Assembly (NCBI GenBank): GCA_018303225.1 | Contig: JAGVYO010000006.1 | Coordinates: 1 to 48,046 of the forward strand | Length of the DNA: 48,046 nt | Reading direction: 5' to 3' | Source of the DNA: Candidatus Woesearchaeota archaeon | GTDB lineage: Archaea; Nanobdellota; Nanobdellia; Woesearchaeales; JAGVYO01 | Part shown: positions 47,213 through 48,046 of the stretch, one piece after another | Numbering within the stretch: the first letter of the stretch is position 1 | How the letters are laid out: the number at the start of each line of letters is the position of its first letter | The notes under the pieces: model-generated | Told to the model about the DNA's origin: nothing | Database searches by the model: none | What the model saw: only the letters and a program-made list of their open reading frames with translations | Position numbers and translations under genes: made by a program

Positions 47213-48046
47213 TCATTTTCTCAGGGTCCCCTTCTTCTGGAGCTCCTTGAACAGATCCTCGGCCTCCTGCTGCTCGGTTTTGGAGCTTGGCTGTTTTTTC
47301 TTTTCTGTCAGTTCCTGGACCGTGGGGATATGCTCTTCCGGGCGGCGTGCCGGCATTTTTCCAGCAGGAGTGCTCTTCTTGGGCATCGCCGGCCTTTCGT
47401 TGGTCCTTGGCTCCGAAGCTCCAACTTCCCTCAGCAGGTCATCTGCAGTAGGCTCCTTGTGAGCGGCAAATTTCTTGGTCTTCTCGACCATCTCCCTGAT
47501 TTTGGCATCGGTGTCCTTGGGCTCTTCTTTTTTCGGAGGAACAGGAAGCTCTTTCATTTCCTCCGGGGCCGCCAGTTCTTTCATCTCTTCGGGTGCGGGA
47601 AGCGCATCTTTCTTTTCAGGAGCAGGAATCTCTTTTTCAGGCTCGATGACCGGTTCAGCCGGCTTTGGAACATGCGGTTTTTCTTTCTTCGTTTCTTTCC
47701 TGGGCGCCTCTGCTTTTGGGGCTTCCGGGGTTGTTTTCCTTTCTGATTTTGGCGAAACCGGGATGTTGGCCGTGGATTTTAATCCGAGCATCTGCCGCTC
47801 AGCCTTGCCAATCAGTTCCTCGATAATGCCTTCATCAATGATGTTTTCGCTGAGACCGACTGCGCGCGCTTCGCGGTGCGCCTTGGCCAGCAGCGGCTTG
47901 ATAGTATCTTTTGTGGCATATCCGATGAACATGGCCACATTGAATGAGCCGCGTGCCAGGGATTGCAAATCAGCCATGAATTTTACATCGTCAATAGCCA
48001 GGATGTTTTTCGCATATATGACGCCGTCCTCATACACCGCCATCAG
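47213..48046 (-). CDS. rpl10: Ribosomal protein uL10/P0, C-terminal part (5' end beyond window)
   Basis: AVYEDG..L.ID then three P1-binding-type helices; directly upstream of rpl12. Confidence 0.85.
   Translation of the reverse strand: MMAVYEDGVIYAKNILAIDDVKFMADLQSLARGSFNVAMFIGYATKDTIKPLLAKAHREARAVGLSENIIDEGIIEELIGKAERQMLGLKSTANIPVSPKSERKTTPEAPKAEAPRKETKKEKPHVPKPAEPVIEPEKEIPAPEKKDALPAPEEMKELAAPEEMKELPVPPKKEEPKDTDAKIREMVEKTKKFAAHKEPTADDLLREVGASEPRTNERPAMPKKSTPAGKMPARRPEEHIPTVQELTEKKKQPSSKTEQQEAEDLFKELQKKGTLRK

Overview
Archaeal chromosome fragment; gene content and style point to a DPANN/Woesearchaeota-like organism (inference, no search run). It carries archaeal core genes (uL11, uL10/P1, aIF5B, aEF-1beta, Trm1, RtcA, TFS, Rpo7, Spt4, eS24, eS31, CCA enzyme, DtdA), dNTP genes (nrdR-nrdJ, dcd, tmk, dut), a late riboflavin operon (rbkR-ribC-ribH), a VapBC pair, a second probable TA pair and a surface Ig-domain cluster. 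Main candidate for an undescribed system: an A-rich three-gene block (9945-13764) with a RelA/SpoT-type HD hydrolase, a RelA/SpoT-type synthetase with altered active-site motifs and a DUF3419/BtaA-like SAM enzyme. Two of its promoters share a positioned palindrome with an MraZ-like gene and the surface genes. Other highlights: tandem bacterial-type NrdR boxes next to an archaeal TATA box, three families of nested intergenic hairpin repeats (one always abutting a TATA promoter), and an AT-rich gene flanked by inverted repeats and a dif-like site. No rRNA, tRNA, CRISPR array or transposase was recognised. All family calls come from motif recognition by eye.
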